From an uncultured Nitrososphaerota archaeon (GTDB lineage Archaea > Thermoproteota > EX4484-205 > DTQO01): DNA of 39,905 bases. The DNA is taken from contig CAZWAU010000037.1 of assembly GCA_964631995.1 (NCBI GenBank), positions 1 through 39,905 on the forward strand. Reading direction: 5' to 3'. The translations under genes and the position numbers were made by a program. Every line of letters begins with the position of its first letter. Position 1 is the first letter of the stretch. This document shows positions 26,411 to 35,625 of the stretch, piece after piece. Under the pieces are notes generated by a model. That model had not been told where the DNA came from. It saw only the letters and a program-made list of their open reading frames with translations, and made no database searches.

Positions 26411-27537
26411 GTGAAGGTTGGTGGTCAAATCCTGGCTTATGTCATAGTATCCGCACCTGGCAGAGCATGCTTGTTTGGAGAGCAACGGTAAAACGGCCCA
26501 AATAGCACATGGATTGGTGCGGATTCTCGGTCATACCTGCTGCTGTCGACATGAGGTCGTACGTCCAAGTTAGTAGAGGTGATGATAATATGGTGGAGAT
26601 CCATTCTTTTGCGCCCTTTGATCTTTACGGGAATTTCGACCCCATCACGCAGAAGCTAAACTTGGAGAGCGACCTCAGGTATGTGCAGGCAACATTGGCG
26701 GCGCTTGAGAGGAGCGGCGTCAGGACAGCAGGGATTAGGGTCAGGTTTTTGAAGGCGGAACAGGTCGAGGAGATAAAAGGACCTTCTGCACGCAAGCTGC
26801 TCGACCTTCCAGTCAAGAAGGGGCTCTCTTCGTCTGCCGCCATCTGTGTAGCGACAGCGGCAGCGGTCGATATTTTTGCTTCAGGAAGGCTTGAGGATGC
26901 GATCGATGAAGAGGCGATGTCGAAGTACGCCAACATCGCCTACGTGGCCGAGAGGGAAATACTTGGCGTTAATTGCGGCCAGATGGACCAGTATGCGGCA
27001 GCATATGGCAGGCTTCTCTACGTGGACTGCTCAACAGCTCCTGCGAAGGTGCATGCCTTGAGACCTTCTGTAGCACTACCGATTGTGATAGGGGACACAG
27101 GGCAGCAGAAGGACACGCCAAGGATACTCGCTTGGTTGGGGAAGAGGCTTGAGGCAAGGGAAGAGAGGTTCATGGAGGGGATGAGAAACATCGTGAGGAT
27201 AGTGGAGGAAGCCAGGCGCGAGCTTGAAAGGCAGGATATGAGAAGGTCAAGGATCGGGGAGTTGATGAATGAAAACCAGCACTACCTCGACAAGTACCTG
27301 CAGGTCTCAGGAAGCTGCCCAGTTTCTCCATCGAACCTCGACCAGCTTATCCGCGCTGCCCTGGATGCGGGAGCGCTAGGAGCAAAACTTTCCGGCTCGG
27401 GTGGTGGTGGCGCCATGCTTGCTCTTACAGAACCTGGCAACGAGGAGCATGTTGCGGAAGCAATTAGGAAAGTTGGGGGAGATGCTTACATCTCGAGAGT
27501 AGCAGAGCGCGGCGTTTCAGTTGAGCACATCGGATAG
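26411..27537 (+). CDS. Galactokinase-like GHMP sugar kinase, interrupted by a 23-nt insert (exons 26411-26480 and 26504-27537)
   Basis: Exon 1, in a frame not listed in the ORF track, reads (V/M)KVGGQILAYVIVSAPGRACLFGE. Exon 2 reads HMDWCGFSVIPAAVD.... Joined, they give APGRACLFGEHMDWCGF, which matches the GalK signature APGRVNLIGEHTDY.GG. Downstream motifs are GVNCGQMDQ, PVKKGLSSSAA (GHMP motif II) and KLSGSGGGGAML (motif III). Joined length is 1104 nt (367 aa). The GTG start is uncertain. Confidence 0.8.
26481..26503 (+). other. Candidate BHB intron inside the GHMP kinase coding sequence (23 nt)
   Basis: Central helix TTGG (26475-78) / CCAA (26498-501). Bulges are AGA (26479-81) and ATA (26502-04). 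Outer helix is TGT/GCA (3 bp with one G-U). The inner helix GC/GC is weak. The insert carries an in-frame TAA. Cutting after the second bulge base restores GGA GAG CAC ATG (G E H M). Confidence 0.6.
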
Positions 27538-27546
27538 GAGGTAGTT

Positions 27547-28353
27547 TTGCTGAGGCTTGGAATCTCAACGGCACACCAGTCGATCGAGGCTCTGAAAAGA
27601 TTACTGGAAATGGAGGTTGTCGAGTTCATCGAGCTTGGAACGGGTGAATCTGAGAAATCGGAGGAAGCGATAAGAAATCTCGGAAGGAGGTCGATCGAGT
27701 TCCTGCACGGGTTACCTTTCATGGACTTTTCCACAAGGGACTTCATGTTCAATCCATGCTACAAGCCCCTTGAGGCGGCGATGGTATTGGAGAGGATGGT
27801 TGCTAAGGCTTCGCAGCTTGGGCTCGAATACAGGTTCTACGGTGTCCACGCCGGTTTGCTGGGCTCGATAGCTGGGCCTGAAAGCTTCACAATCAGAGAC
27901 AGCATAGAGGCTAGTAAAGGGATTGAGAACTTGGCCATCTTTCGGAGCAACATAAAGGAAGCTTCCAAAGTTATTCTGGAAAACATCTACGGATGGGACA
28001 GGTCGGCAAGAGCTATCGGCATGACGCAGGAAGAGATGGAGAAAATGGGCAAGCACTTTCACCTTTTGCTTGACATAGGGCACGCAGCGATCAACTTCGA
28101 GATGTATGAGGGATTGTCATTGGATGAGCTTCGCGTCGATAACCTGCCCGTCGAGGAGGTCCACCTGAGCTTCCTGAATAAAAGTGGTCCACCTCCCTGG
28201 GACCACCACGGATTTTCAGAAACGGAAGAAAACCTGCGCATAGTTTCAAAGCTTAAAGAGGTTGTTGAACTTTTTCCAGATATTCCTGTTGTGCTCGAAA
28301 TTGGAGATGAAGAGCGCGCAGTTGAGGAAACCGTGGCACGAATTTGGCGGTGA
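27547..28353 (+). CDS. Xylose-isomerase-like TIM-barrel protein (sugar phosphate isomerase/epimerase family)
   Basis: 268 aa with alternating beta/alpha pattern. HAG...ENIYG...LLDIGHA...VHLS..DHH..VLEI metal-site-like contexts are typical of AP_endonuc_2 family proteins. Moderate confidence. Confidence 0.55.
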   Translation: MLRLGISTAHQSIEALKRLLEMEVVEFIELGTGESEKSEEAIRNLGRRSIEFLHGLPFMDFSTRDFMFNPCYKPLEAAMVLERMVAKASQLGLEYRFYGVHAGLLGSIAGPESFTIRDSIEASKGIENLAIFRSNIKEASKVILENIYGWDRSARAIGMTQEEMEKMGKHFHLLLDIGHAAINFEMYEGLSLDELRVDNLPVEEVHLSFLNKSGPPPWDHHGFSETEENLRIVSKLKEVVELFPDIPVVLEIGDEERAVEETVARIWR

Positions 28354-28392
28354 CCGTGCATTGCCTCCAAGGCTGGAATAGATGTTAGGCTG

Positions 28393-29064
28393 GTGTGCAG
28401 ATTGCCCAAGATCAAGATCGACCTGCATGTGCACACTGACTTCTCGGACTCGGCAAGCGGGCTGAAGGAAGTTGTTAGCGCTGCGCTTGGAAAAGGTCTT
28501 GACGGTATAGCGATAACGGACCATGGCACATGCCAAGCCGCAAAGATTGCAATGGTGAAATACTCGAGCGAAATCTTAACGGTCCCAGGATTGGAGTATT
28601 CAACTAAGGACGGCCACCTCCTGGGATTGGGGATCTTCGAAGATCCACCGAAGGGTCTCACGGCCTTCGAGTTTTCAATCTACGTGCATGCGAGAGGTGG
28701 CATCTTGGTAGTACCTCATCCAGGTATACCCTTCTTGAGCGCAAGCGAGCGAGTCTTAAAGATCCTGAAACCAGATGCCATCGAGACCCGGAATGCTGCT
28801 GTGCCTCTTTTCTGGTGGGTCACGAGGAGGAACGAGGCACTGGCTGAGAAGCTCCATCTTCCGCAGACTGGTGGAAGCGATGCCCACAACTCTCGAAGGG
28901 TTGGGGATGCCTACACAACCATTGACTCAGACTCAAGGGAACTGCGCGATATTTTGCTTGCAATTAAGGAAGGGCGCTCAAAGCCGGAAGGAAATGCGTC
29001 CCCACTGCTCTACAGGACAGGACTTTCCCTCTCTTTTCTCAAATCGCGAAAAGAAAGGGATTAA
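28393..29064 (+). CDS. PHP-domain metal-dependent phosphoesterase
   Basis: IDLHVHTDFSD, GIAITDHGT, VVPHPG and GGSDAHN motifs (PHP His/Asp ligands). Confidence 0.85.
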   Translation: MCRLPKIKIDLHVHTDFSDSASGLKEVVSAALGKGLDGIAITDHGTCQAAKIAMVKYSSEILTVPGLEYSTKDGHLLGLGIFEDPPKGLTAFEFSIYVHARGGILVVPHPGIPFLSASERVLKILKPDAIETRNAAVPLFWWVTRRNEALAEKLHLPQTGGSDAHNSRRVGDAYTTIDSDSRELRDILLAIKEGRSKPEGNASPLLYRTGLSLSFLKSRKERD

Positions 29065-29208
29065 GAATCCAGAACTATCCAGATTTGTCATTTTCAAACA
29101 AATGGCTTATTTTGAGTAGTTTTCCAGTTTCTTGAAAGAGTGCAGTATTTTCTTCTAGAAGCCGCATTCATAAATAATATCTTTTCGACGATAGTAGATA
29201 GAATTGTC

Positions 29209-29273
29209 GGCGGGTGAAAGCGAGGAGGGCCAAATCTCGCCAATCTGAATTCTCGCTGGGGCTGACACCCGCC
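29209..29273. other. 65-nt GC-clamped structured element of unknown nature
   Basis: GGCGGGTG (29209-16) pairs perfectly with CACCCGCC (29266-73). Inside, GCGAG can pair with either of two CTCGC copies. It sits in an otherwise AT-rich intergenic region upstream of 29442. Confidence 0.3.
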
Positions 29274-29441
29274 AACAAATGAGCTTAACCAAAAATACCT
29301 AGCTTATCAGTTCATTTGTTTTTTCAGCATCATAAGAAGATGGTTGGTGATACGCCAGAGCTGGGATGTATTGTTGGCATTCGAAGGCCGAGAAATCATT
29401 CCAAAAAGATAAGAGAAGGGTAACGGCCGAATGATTGACAC

Positions 29442-30410
29442 ATGTCTCGGGCCACTGGTTACGGCGCCAAAATTGGAAAGCGCTGCCCAAACTGCTTATC
29501 TGAGGTAAGGCCCCAGGACATTTACTGCGAGGTGTGTGGCAACAGGCTTGAGGGGCAGAACGAACTCGTGATCCTCGCAAACATGGTTCAGTCCCTAGAG
29601 AAGGAGAACAGGGAGCTCAGGCGCAAAATTTGGAAGTTGAAGAGGAGGCCCTCGAGGGCATCTGGATTTGGACTCTCTTTCGCAGGTTTCGCAGCCTTAG
29701 CCTCTTCCATACTATACGAATCAAACATACTGGCTTTCATCGGCCTTGGTTTGACCTTCTGGGGAATTCTTCTTCTCTATGCTAGGCCTGCACACTATGT
29801 GAGGGGGCAGATCCTTGAGTCGGAGATAAGGACGCACTATCTTTCTCTTCGAAGGCTTTTGGACCATCTCGGATATGAAGGTCAGCCCGTTTACCTTCCG
29901 CCAAGAAGATTGGAGGAGATGAAGGGAGGAAGCATATTCATAGGCGCCGAGAGAGGAAAGGAGATGGACGACGCTCCCATTTCAGACCTTTCCGAGATGG
30001 AATTGTTCACGCTTAGGCCTAGAGGAGTCCAAGTTGTTCCACCTGGATTGAGCCTTGCCAACCTTCTTGAGGAGGAGATGGGGCGCAATTTTTCCGGCAT
30101 GGATCTTGGTTATATCTTCCAGAACCTTCCCGCCGCCATAATAGAGGGTTTCGAGTTGGCAGATGGTGTAGAGATAGAGGAAGATGGAGATGGAGTCAGG
30201 GTGAAGATCATGAATTCGATCTTCGAATTTCTTTATAGGGAGGGCATGGATGAGAGGCTCAAGGGGATCGGGTGCCCCCTGGTGAGTTCGATTGCGCTGG
30301 CGCTGACCAGGTCTACAGGACAGCCTGTTACAGTGTCGGAAACGAAGCTGGATTCTGAAAGCGGAACGATAAGCGTACTTTACAAGATGACAGGGGGAAT
30401 CGCGGCATGA
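29442..30410 (+). CDS. Zinc-ribbon / coiled-coil / 2-TM protein, function unknown
   Basis: N-terminal CPNC...CEVC ribbon, a short coiled coil, two TM helices (FGLSFAGFAALASSILY, ILAFIGLGLTFWGILLLY), and a ~200-aa soluble C-terminal domain with no recognised motif. Confidence 0.5.
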   Translation: MSRATGYGAKIGKRCPNCLSEVRPQDIYCEVCGNRLEGQNELVILANMVQSLEKENRELRRKIWKLKRRPSRASGFGLSFAGFAALASSILYESNILAFIGLGLTFWGILLLYARPAHYVRGQILESEIRTHYLSLRRLLDHLGYEGQPVYLPPRRLEEMKGGSIFIGAERGKEMDDAPISDLSEMELFTLRPRGVQVVPPGLSLANLLEEEMGRNFSGMDLGYIFQNLPAAIIEGFELADGVEIEEDGDGVRVKIMNSIFEFLYREGMDERLKGIGCPLVSSIALALTRSTGQPVTVSETKLDSESGTISVLYKMTGGIAA

Positions 30411-30619
30411 GATTTCCTTTGGCTTTCTGGGACCTGAGCCTTTGGCTTGCAGTCATTTCGATAATACTGCTTGCAACAGCAGAGTTGCTTTCACCGTACT
30501 ATGGCAGGACAGGGATCGTCCTGAACAAGAGGGTGTTAAGGTCGGTCTCTCTTGCAATGGGCATCCTTTTTCTTTTTACTGTTGCAGTGAGGGTTGTTGG
30601 CATAATCATGGGGTCTTGA
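30407..30619 (+). CDS. Small 2-TM membrane protein
   Basis: 70 aa with two hydrophobic helices. Its start overlaps the upstream stop (ATGA), suggesting translational coupling. Confidence 0.4.
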   Translation: MRFPLAFWDLSLWLAVISIILLATAELLSPYYGRTGIVLNKRVLRSVSLAMGILFLFTVAVRVVGIIMGS

Positions 30620-30675
30620 ATTTCCCAATTTTTTTGATCGTTGAGTTTAACCTAAACTTGGAAATTGGCTTTGCT

Positions 30676-32535
30676 TCATCGCAGATTGGCACAGCGCTTC
30701 CTAATGCTGAGATAGATCGTCATCATCGGGACTAATAGAATTAGCACTCCAAGAGGAAACTCTGGAACTGTGATCATTGTGTAAGAGGCCGTTGAAGTAC
30801 CAGAAGGGCATCTGTCGATCTTCGTACCACCTTGCGGACCTGGCAATAGCGTAGTTGTTGACGAACCCTGGTATGTTCGCCCGACGATTTTCGTTACCGT
30901 ATATCCTGTTGCGCCAAGTGAAGTCAGGTAGCTCCTCTTTGCCTCAAGCTTCACGTAGCCATAGCTGCTAGTAGTGGCGTCGGTCAGCTTGAACGCTATG
31001 TTTCCAGTTCCGGATTCGTAGCGCGTCCCAGATGATATGTCGCTGCCACTCTTATCTATGGTTTCTCCTGTTGTCCAGGAGCCACCTGACTTATAGCAGA
31101 GCGCAAACTTTCCACGCGATGCTGCCGTTGCAACGAACAGCATGGAGAAGTCCACAGAACCGATCGTGAAGTTTACCTCATACTTCTCGCCCAGGGCCAT
31201 TCTTGATACCCTGAATCCGAGAAGAGCGTAATCAAGTTTTATTGCAAGTGCAAGGCTGTCGGAATCGCTACCTGCCTGGAGGCCGTTCACGCCTGTCTTG
31301 CCGGCGATGTCACAAGAGCCATCGATATAGTTAAAGCGAACATTGTATGGGCTCGTTCCTGTGACGTATGCCAGGCCAATCTTGCCTCCATAATCCCTGT
31401 AGAAGGACGTAAACCTGTCACCGGCTGGGAAAGTATTGGTCTCTTCGTTTATCCAGTCAGTTGGACTGGTATCCCAAGTTCCAGCCTGCGTCTTCTTCTT
31501 GTAATAAACGTGGTTTGCAGTTGGAGAACTTGCCCAGAAGCAGTACAAAGTATTGCTTGCCGTATCTAGGCCTACAACGACCGAGGTGGGAGAACTGCCG
31601 CCCGATTGGACTGTTACCTCCGAGCTGAATGAGTTGTTAGAAGAAACGTACTTTGTGTAACGAACATTCACGGTGTCGGAGAAGCATAGATGGACATCAT
31701 CGCCCTCATTTGTTGCAGACCAAGATTGGCCATTCACATATCCGGAGGTTATTACTTCGGATGCCCAGCTTCCGGTCCACTTCCTTCCCCTTATCTGGAA
31801 TCCATTGGAGGTGTAAAGAACGAACGCATAACCTGAAGTCAATGGAACTGGGGTAACAACGGTCCCAGTGGCCGAGAAAGTAGAAAGTTGATAAGGGAAT
31901 CCTGTTGCAGCAGTCCAAGTTCCATCGATGTTGTTGTTCCTGGTCACCCAGGGATATCTGGTTCCAGCTGACGAATCGTAACGCCTGTATCCAATCCAGG
32001 CCCGACCGTCGGTAGCCACCATTATGCTCGGTGCATAATAACCTATGTCAGAGCCTCCTGCTGCTACAGCTGTCTGTTCTGCCGCGCTCCAAGTTACAGT
32101 TCCATCGGAGTTTGGAGTTCCGCGCCTGTAGTATATAGGAACATTCGCTGTTTGGGCAGTGTAGGCGTAGTGGAAGTAAGTGCCATCAAAAAATACGCTG
32201 AATTGATCGCCTGCAGTGCAAGCTCTTACCGTGGATGCAGAGCTCCAAGTCGTGCCATCCTTACTCGTCCTGAAGACAATATTTGTTCCATCAGAATAGA
32301 AGACCCAGAATCTGCCATTTGCATAGAAGATCTTGCGTTGGTGCGAGTAGGCCGTTGCATAGGAATTATAAATCGATGAAGCAACTGTGCTTGCGCTGGG
32401 TTGGGTCCAGTCGGACGAACTTGTTCCTGATAGGTCGCTCAGCGCAGGATCGGTGGCCAGAGCACCTGGAAGCATGGAGACTATAAAGATCAGAAAGGTT
32501 AGGCAGAAGGCGCTCTTCTTCTTCACGATGGCCAC
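30676..32535 (-). CDS. Secreted BNR/Asp-box beta-propeller-like surface protein with PEF-CTERM-type sorting signal
   Basis: Signal peptide (FCLTFLIFIVSMLPGALA). Asp-box-like repeats (TSKDGTTWS, NSDGTVTWS). C-terminus is TVPEFPLGVLILLVPMMTIYLSIRKR, i.e. PEF tripeptide + TM + basic tail. Confidence 0.65.
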   Translation of the reverse strand: MAIVKKKSAFCLTFLIFIVSMLPGALATDPALSDLSGTSSSDWTQPSASTVASSIYNSYATAYSHQRKIFYANGRFWVFYSDGTNIVFRTSKDGTTWSSASTVRACTAGDQFSVFFDGTYFHYAYTAQTANVPIYYRRGTPNSDGTVTWSAAEQTAVAAGGSDIGYYAPSIMVATDGRAWIGYRRYDSSAGTRYPWVTRNNNIDGTWTAATGFPYQLSTFSATGTVVTPVPLTSGYAFVLYTSNGFQIRGRKWTGSWASEVITSGYVNGQSWSATNEGDDVHLCFSDTVNVRYTKYVSSNNSFSSEVTVQSGGSSPTSVVVGLDTASNTLYCFWASSPTANHVYYKKKTQAGTWDTSPTDWINEETNTFPAGDRFTSFYRDYGGKIGLAYVTGTSPYNVRFNYIDGSCDIAGKTGVNGLQAGSDSDSLALAIKLDYALLGFRVSRMALGEKYEVNFTIGSVDFSMLFVATAASRGKFALCYKSGGSWTTGETIDKSGSDISSGTRYESGTGNIAFKLTDATTSSYGYVKLEAKRSYLTSLGATGYTVTKIVGRTYQGSSTTTLLPGPQGGTKIDRCPSGTSTASYTMITVPEFPLGVLILLVPMMTIYLSIRKRCANLR

Positions 32536-32764
32536 CTTTATTTACCATCACCATCCGTTTTTCAGAGTTCGCTCTTCATTTTTTATCCCATTTTATACAT
32601 AGTTCTCGAGCAATATTGAGTCAAAATAAAACAAATTAGAAAAATTCGCATATCGCCTTACTATCGTCGAGTTCTCCAGTGGAAGGCAGCCTGGTCACCC
32701 TCACCATTTCCACTCTGTTTTCGAGCCCTTTTGACCGCTTATGGGGACGTGCGCAAAAAAAGCC

Positions 32765-32772
32765 TTATATTT
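32765..32772 (+). promoter_or_regulatory. Putative BRE/TATA promoter of the stand-alone 23S rRNA gene
   Basis: A purine-rich AAAAAAAG tract precedes CCTTATATTTAA. No other gene lies between it and the 23S processing stem about 210 nt downstream. Confidence 0.5.
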
Positions 32773-32981
32773 AACCCGTATCATTAGGGAGGAAGTAGGT
32801 CGCTGTATCTAGTGTCGAGGCTCGATGCCAAGACGTTACGGCCTTCAGATGAGGAGTAACGCTCGGCTGCTGAAACTCGGTGGCTCGCGACCGGAGTGCA
32901 ACTCCGGATCGGAGGGTTCGGGGTGAAGGGTGCTAGCGGACCTTTAACACAATGGAGAGTCCGCGATGAGCGCCGAGCAAA

Positions 32982-33011
32982 GGTAGAAGCGCCAACTGAG
33001 TGGTCACTGGG
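32982..33011 (+). other. 5' strand of the pre-23S processing stem with BHB motif
   Basis: GGTAGAAG pairs with CTTCTACC (36580-87). Central helix is CGCC (32990-93) / GGCG (36573-76). The 5' bulge is AAC (32994-96). A ~15-bp helix follows, 32997-33011 with 36558-36572. Confidence 0.8.
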
Positions 33012-33226
33012 TGGAATACGTCCGACATGATACGCCACCTAGAGAATGGCTTGGCTCAGGCGCCGAAGAAGGGCGTGGCAAGCTGCGATAAGCCTCGGGT
33101 AGGAGCAAGTATCCTGCGATCCGAGGATCCCCGAATTGGATACCTTCCGGCGGTGCGCGCAAGCGTGCCGTTGGAACACCCGAAAGGGTGAGGTAACCCA
33201 CCGAAAGGAAACATCTGAGTAGGTGG

Positions 33227-33258
<32 letters not shown>

Positions 33259-34948
33259 ACGGCGAGTGAAAAGGGAAAAGCCCAAACCGAACCGCGCGTC
33301 GAAAGGCGCGTGGGATGTGGGGTTGAGGACCGGACCTCCTCTCTGCCTGCGAAGTCGAAGAGGCCTGGAAAGGCCCACGAAAATGGGTGATAGTCCCGTA
33401 GACGTTGGCCGGCGTGAGTTGGGTCTGAGTTCCTGAGTACTGCGCCTCGGATATGGCGCAGGAAGCTGGGAGCTATTCACTTCCAAGGCTAAATACGTCC
33501 TGAGACCGATAGCGCACCAGTACGGTGACGGAAAGCTGAAAAGAACCCCGAGAGGGGTGTGAAAAGAGCCTGAAACTAGGTGGTTACAGACGTTCACGGC
33601 CTGAAAGGGTTTGAATCCCCCAAAAGTTTCCGGTCGAGAGGCTGGAAGCGATGGGGGGCTACCAGGGTCGTGAGTTTCGTCTTGAAACACGAGCCGGGGA
33701 GTTTATGGCCGTGGCAAGCCTAAGGGGTACTATCCCCGTAAGCGTAGGGAAGCCAACTAGCCTGCAACCGCCTTAACGGCGGCGAGAGGCGGGGTAGCGA
33801 TTGCCCGTAGTCACGGCCTTAAGACTAGAAACCGAACGATCTAATCCTGGGCAGGGCGAAGCCGGGCGAAAGCTCGGTGGAGGCTCGAAGGGGTCCTGAC
33901 GTGCAATTCGGTCCTCAGACCTGGGATTAGGGGACAAAAACCAATCTAGTTCGGTGATAGCTAGTTCCTTCCGAAATGGATCTCAGTCCAGCCCGCCCGG
34001 AGGAGGTCGGCAGGGTAGAGCACTGATCGATGGGCAAGGCCTCGAAAGAGTCCACCCGTCTTTCAAACTCCGAATCTGTCGACACCGTAGATGGGCGGAG
34101 ACGGGTTCCAGGGGGTAAGCTCCTGGACCGAGAGGGGAACAACCCAGACTAGGGTTAAGGTCCCTAAATGCTGGCTAAGTGTTATTCGAAAAGGCGTCTC
34201 GACTCTCAGACAGCGGGAAGGTAGGCTTAGAAGCAGCCATCCTTTAAAGAGTGCGTAACAGCTCACCCGCCGAGAGTCAAGGCCCTGAAAATGGACGGGG
34301 CTCAAGCCAGCTGCCGATACCCTAGAGCGCAGCCTGAGGCTGCGTCTGGTAGGAAGGCGTCCGAGTTGGGCCGAAGCTGGGCCGTGAGGTCCGGTGGACC
34401 GACTTGGATTGCAGATCCCGGTGGTAGTAACAGCTAAGACAGGTGAGAATCCTGTCCGCCTGAAGGACAAGGGTTCCCCGGCAACGCGTCGTCAGCCGGG
34501 GGTTAGTCGATCCTAAGGCCTCGTTTAACATGCGAGGTCGAAAAAGGGAAGCCGGTTTACATTCCGGCACCAGGGGGGTACACGCGGTAACGCAAGCCCT
34601 CACGCTGACGCTTCGGGGCAGGTTGAGCGGGGCTGTCGCTCCGTCTAACTGTCCAAGCCTGGGAAGTACCGTAAAGGTGAGAACTAGGCGAAGGCAGGAA
34701 TGGCTTGCCGTTAGGCGAGTTCAGCTGGGCCCTGGAGCCATGGAAAAGGCGTGGGGGATGGATCCCCTCTGATCGTACCAAGATCCGACACTGGTGTTCC
34801 TGCGTGAGAAGCGCAAGGCGTCTCGGGGTATTCCACGGCGAGGGAACTTGGCAATCTAGCCCCGTAACTTAGGGATAAGGGGTGCCTGAGGCTGGGCTTC
34901 GGCTTGGTCTCAGGTCGCAGTAACTAAGGGGTCCCGACTGTTTACTAA

Positions 34949-35332
34949 ACGGGCAAAGGCACCGGCTTAATGTTCGAGATGGAAAAAAGGTAGAATTCCC
35001 CGGGGACGGAAGTTGCAAGAAAATCTGTGCCTGCTGCGTTCCAACAGACCGGACGAATTCGAAGATTTTTCAGAAATAGCAAAAAGCTCCAATGCGAGAA
35101 TAGATCGGCAGAACTTCGGATTCCTTTGGCTCAGAGATTCGTTGCGGATTTGTTTGGTGCAGAGGCACGCTGAAGATGGTGTCGTTGTAAGAATTCATAG
35201 CTTTACAGAATGCATGAAACCTGGCGCGGAGGGCTCTCGCATCTTCGCGCTCGGATTGGGTGTTGAGTTTTCCTAGAAAATCTGAGAAGTTTGTTCCGTC
35301 TCAAAGGCCAAAGGTGCGCTTGCCCGAGTAAC
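34949..35332 (+). other. 23S rRNA intron A (384 nt)
   Basis: Canonical hBHBh' motif: outer helix TGTT/AACA, central helix TACT/AGTA, bulges AAA (34947-49) and ACA (35331-33), inner helix CGGGCAA/TTGCCCG. Splicing gives GACTGTTTACTAA|AAACACAGG, the same length as the universal GACUGUUUAAUAAAAACACAGG. Confidence 0.85.
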
Positions 35333-35595
35333 AAACACAGGGAGCCGCTAGTCCGAAAGGATGTGCACGGCTCTTGAATCCTGGCCAGTGGCGGTATCTG
35401 AATCCCAGGTTCAACTGGGCCAAGGACCGCTAAACGCCCGAGGTAACTCTGACCTTGTTAAGGTAGCCAAATGCCTTGTCGGGTAAGTTCCGACGTGCTT
35501 GAATGGAGCAACGAGGGCCCCGCTGTCCCCGCCTGGATCCCGGTGAACCCACATAACGTGGCTGCACAGTCCACGATCTCCCAACGGGACAAGAA

Positions 35596-35625
35596 ATTCT
35601 CTTAGAAAACCTAGGAGAACTTGCC
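35596..35625 (+). other. 23S rRNA intron B (30 nt) between E. coli-equivalent positions 2060 and 2061
   Basis: Central helix CAAG (35590-93) / CTTG (35620-23), bulges AAA (35594-96) and CCG (35624-26), inner 9-bp hairpin TTCTCTTAG-AAAAC-CTAGGAGAA, outer helix GGA/TCC. Splicing gives AAGAA|GTCCACGTGGAGCTTTACTG, the same length as AAGAAGACCCCGUGGAGCUUUACUG. Confidence 0.8.

Noticed and set aside
26481-26503. Explaining the GHMP kinase interruption as programmed ribosomal frameshifting or a simple sequencing indel.
   Set aside because: A 23-nt segment with an in-frame TAA must be skipped, which is too long for frameshifting or bypass signals that I can recognise. A simple indel would not add 23 nt flanked by a BHB. 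An inactivating insertion (pseudogene) cannot be excluded without transcript data, and the finding says so.
35013-35276. 87-aa ORF inside the 384-nt rRNA intron as a homing endonuclease gene.
   Set aside because: It starts with TTG. No LAGLIDADG, HNH or GIY-YIG-like motif is visible in this frame or in the antisense frames. It is too short for a typical single-motif LAGLIDADG enzyme, so I left it unannotated.
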